Assembly (NCBI GenBank): GCA_030390025.1
Contig: CM059435.1
Location: 66,030,001-66,094,000 of the forward strand
DNA: 64,000 nucleotides
Direction: 5' to 3'
Source: Squalus acanthias
Lineage: Eukaryota
This document shows, piece by piece, positions 60,631 to 64,000 of the stretch (position 1 is the first letter of the stretch; every line of letters starts with the position of its first letter). Both the position numbers and the translations under genes were made by a program. The notes below the pieces were generated by a model. That model was not told the origin of the DNA, did not search any database, and was given only the letters and a program-made list of their open reading frames with translations.

Positions 60631-61709
60631 GTAGTTAGATTAATTCTCACAATATGGTCCAATGCTGGCACGGCAGAGCAAAGACAGTCAGTCAGAAGTT
60701 GTGCAGTGAGACTGTTGCATACAGTACTTGAACACTTCAATTTGATGAATTGCACGAGGTACCCTGAACAGAAAAGCTGAACTTACTGACCTGGGCTCAT
60801 TTCTCTTCACAGGCCATGGCATCTTACCACAAATGAGGCAGACGCATGAATAAATTACCACCACAATCAAGTTTGCACAGTTTTTGCAGTTTACAATACA
60901 CACTCCCCACAGTCTGATACAGTATACAAACAAAAAGCATCTTGGTGGGATTAATCACACCCATTCCCGTGTCATTGCAGACTGTATACAGACACGTCCT
61001 TATCCCGGTTCCCATTGCATCTCAGACTTCAGGGAAATTGAACTTCATCTGCTGAAACAGTTTGGGAGCTTGAGAAAAACAAAGTGTCTTGAGGGTGCAT
61101 GGAACATCCTGCCAGTTGTATTAGGTACAACCATTGCTAAAATGCTCAAGATATTTATTGTGGAGATGTTTTTGTGTATGAAATGTAAAGACAGCTACAC
61201 TGTTGTTGCCTTGCTTACAGTCAAACACGTACAGTATTTTCACTCAAACTATAACATGACGAGGGCAGCGATGTTATTACTTATACTGTAGCTCGTACTG
61301 TCTTTATTCCCCCACCCTGGGGAATGCATTCGATGCTGTCATCTGTTTAATCTGCATTGAACGTGAGATGTGTAAATCTTGCATTATGTAGGGATGCAGT
61401 TTTCCTCAGCTGTTGAGACATTTCAGATTTTACATGAAATGGTGAATCACGGATTTCTGGATGTATATTGATTTTGTTTACAGCCATTAAATGTATGTTT
61501 AAAAAAGGATAATAAAATATTCTCTCAAAAATTAGGGCGCTGTAGCAAAATGAAGTGCTCGAATGAGCGACCCCCCTTTTTGTCTCTACTGCTCCTCTGA
61601 AAAGTGAATTGCCTTTTATATTGTCTGCTCATGAAGTTTAAATCTATAGATTACTTTGTGTAATTATCGGCATGCCATTTTGGGGGATTCTTTTCCTTAT
61701 AAAATTAAA

Positions 61710-62150
61710 TTAGGAACTTAGGAATAGGAGTTTGTTTTACATTTGTAGTAGTGCAGGATGTGACTTCTATTCTGGAGTGAAGTAGAGGACAATATCTATC
61801 TTACAAATGCTGGAACTCAAACAAATAGTCTTTACACCCAAAATAGAAAGCATTTTCTGTTTTTAGGAACAATCTTAACAGGAGGAGGCCATTCAACCCC
61901 TTGAGCCTGTTCTGCCATTCAAATAGATCGTGGCTGATCTTTATCTCAACTCCATTTACCCACCTTGGTTCTATAACCCTTAATACCCTTGCCTAACAAA
62001 AATCTAGCATTCTCAGTCTTGAAATTTTCAATTGACCCTTAGCCTCAACAGCCTTTTGGGGAAAGGGTTCCAGATTTCCACTACTCTTTGTGTGAAGAAG
62101 TGCTTTCTGACATCACCCTGGAATGACCTAACACTAATTTTAAGGTTACA
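61710..62150 (-). mobile_element. CR1 3' end with extended 3' region
   Basis: ggaggccattcaaccccttgagcctg tail; 61766-61875 matches the reverse complement of about 37120-37220. Confidence 0.85.
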
Positions 62151-64000
62151 GCCTTTAAACACTCAGAATAGGAATAGTTGCTCGTGCAGTGGACCAAGTT
62201 TCCTCTCCTTGGTGACTACCAAGTATACCTGACATAAGAAAACTACTAGGCACTTGGTCTGAGTATTAAACAAGGCTTTAATCAACTGTTTTTCAACATG
62301 GAGGTCTAGTTGTGTCCTTCACTAGTTCCTGTTAAAGAATGTCCTGAGCAAGCTGGGCCCATGCCCGAGTATTTATACTCTCCCTGGACAGCACCACCAG
62401 CAGGCCGCCCAGTATTATTTCATAAGTCATTTCCACATGAATGACAAGATTCATGTCAATACCTATTGAGAGAATGTGAACAGTCTTCACCGATGAGCGA
62501 GACCATTCAGCCCATCTAGTTTATCCTTCCATAGAAACCTACAATGCCTCCTTGGTAGCATCCAGCTACTTCTTGACCATCTGCACGTGAATCCAGAGCA
62601 CAGAACTGCACTCGTTTCACAATTGAATAGTTAATTTAAATAAAAGTGGATTTTTAAGAGCCAAGTATTAGCCTATTTCCAATATTTTTTTAAAAAGTTT
62701 ATTGGTCTTCTTAATCTGAGGAGTTTAACAATTCATGCGCCGGGCCCTCAAGTTCTTGGAGCCCTGGTCTGAATTCCATCCTCTGTGCTCCTTCAGAGTT
62801 GACTAATCAAGTTCCCAGTCAGCCTGCTAGACTGAGTGATCGAGTACTCCCATCTGAAATACATTTAAGTTTGGCAGTGCAACCTCTGCTGATGCCCGAG
62901 ACAGGATATCATTGTTTGTAAAGAAGTCAGTGGCCATGACTATCTTAAACGCCTTGCTTAAGAAGGTCAGAGGGAACATAGGAGCTAATGAAAAGAGATT
63001 TTTAAAAAAAATCTTATTTGGAGAGGGCAATTTGCAATGGTCAACCATTTAAATTAGGTTTATGTTTTACAAGTGAGGTTGACCACTTACAATCTAGTTC
63101 TATTTATAACTTTTTTATTCGGTCTAAGGTTTTTTCATGTTTTAAAAAATTAGTTTAACAGTTTATTAACATTTAATTCATTCTACAATAATTCTACTAT
63201 TAGTGCGGAAATCCCTTTATTGCTGCCACTGTGCCGATAGTTGTTCAGAGGTTGCCATCTTGAAATCCTAATGGTATGCCGTGAAGTTACAGATTAGGGG
63301 AAAATCTGCCCCCCGCCCCCCAAAAGAATCATTTGCTTATTCATCATACTGTGTGTGTGATTATTAATGCTTGCAAAATATAACAAGAGAGAAAGTGTAA
63401 GTTTGCCTGTGCTTTTTCCGATGTTTCACATCCAACCAGCAAATTTGGAGATGTATCGCAATGAACTTGACTTTTCCCTTCCTACGCTTAATACAGATAC
63501 CTCCACTGGTTGTTGTTTCTCCCACCATTGGCATCAGGCCCACTATATTATGCTCTATGCAGCGTTAATGTACACTGTGCTTTCAACCGGTTTTCCTGAA
63601 GCTTTATTTTGTTTGAGTAAATTTCCTGCAAAATTGGTTTGCGGAAGCTTACTTCCTTGTGTTTGGTGTGAGAACCCTGTTTTCTGTCACCAGAAGTCAC
63701 ATCTGGTGCTTTTCCCTTAGTTGTGGCTTTCTGCCCCAAAAATGTTCTCAGTGTTTCTCAGAAAGGCTAAAACAGCAAAAGACACAATCATCCAGGCTGA
63801 GATGTTTCACACCAAGCCTCTATCTCAAAACCATTAGTGTAGGTTAATCAGGCCAGTCAAAATCTCATCTATCTTCCTCTCGCTTCATTGGTGAAGCAAA
63901 AGAACCATCTGGAAGACTCTTCATAAAAGTGTGGGAATGAGATCCTCTTCCTTGAGGAACGAGGCGTCTGCTAGTTCACCTTAAATACCAGATTCAGTGA

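Noticed and set aside
63020-63315. Second MITE ending in ggaaaatctgccc
   Set aside because: Only one TIR-like end; no matching left TIR or TSD found.
57000-64000. A downstream gene such as IPO8, the human neighbour as I recall
   Set aside because: No exon with a recognisable peptide found on either strand; a non-coding or divergent exon cannot be excluded.

Overview
Eukaryotic (vertebrate) genomic DNA, very probably a cartilaginous fish, judged from the HE1/V-SINE, Deu-type SINE and CR1/L2 repeat landscape. The window holds the 3' part of one + strand gene, CAPRIN2 (RNG140/C1QDC1). I reconstructed 19 GT-AG exons by eye from 1910 to the stop at 50479 (2811 nt, 936 codons plus stop, phases consistent throughout). 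They cover the HR1 coiled-coil domain, a Trp-repeat region, an RGG-rich region and the C-terminal C1q domain; the N-terminal exons lie upstream of the window. Introns and the 3' flank are filled with CR1, L2, L1/Tx1 and RTE LINE fragments, tRNA-derived SINEs, a Harbinger-like MITE, two Penelope-like hairpin remnants (one with a hammerhead ribozyme core) and a 22-bp minisatellite. Most short ORFs in the track are TE debris or noise. The most interesting observations are a Caprin-1-type G3BP-binding core (FIQDSMLD) and Caprin-1-like exons in a Caprin-2, a regular KKWD-x-EY repeat array, a 5'-inverted RTE insertion with an intact TSD, and the Penelope hairpins. I found no evidence for a wholly new multi-gene system. 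All homology statements are from memory and were not checked by a search; TE boundaries are approximate unless a TSD is given.
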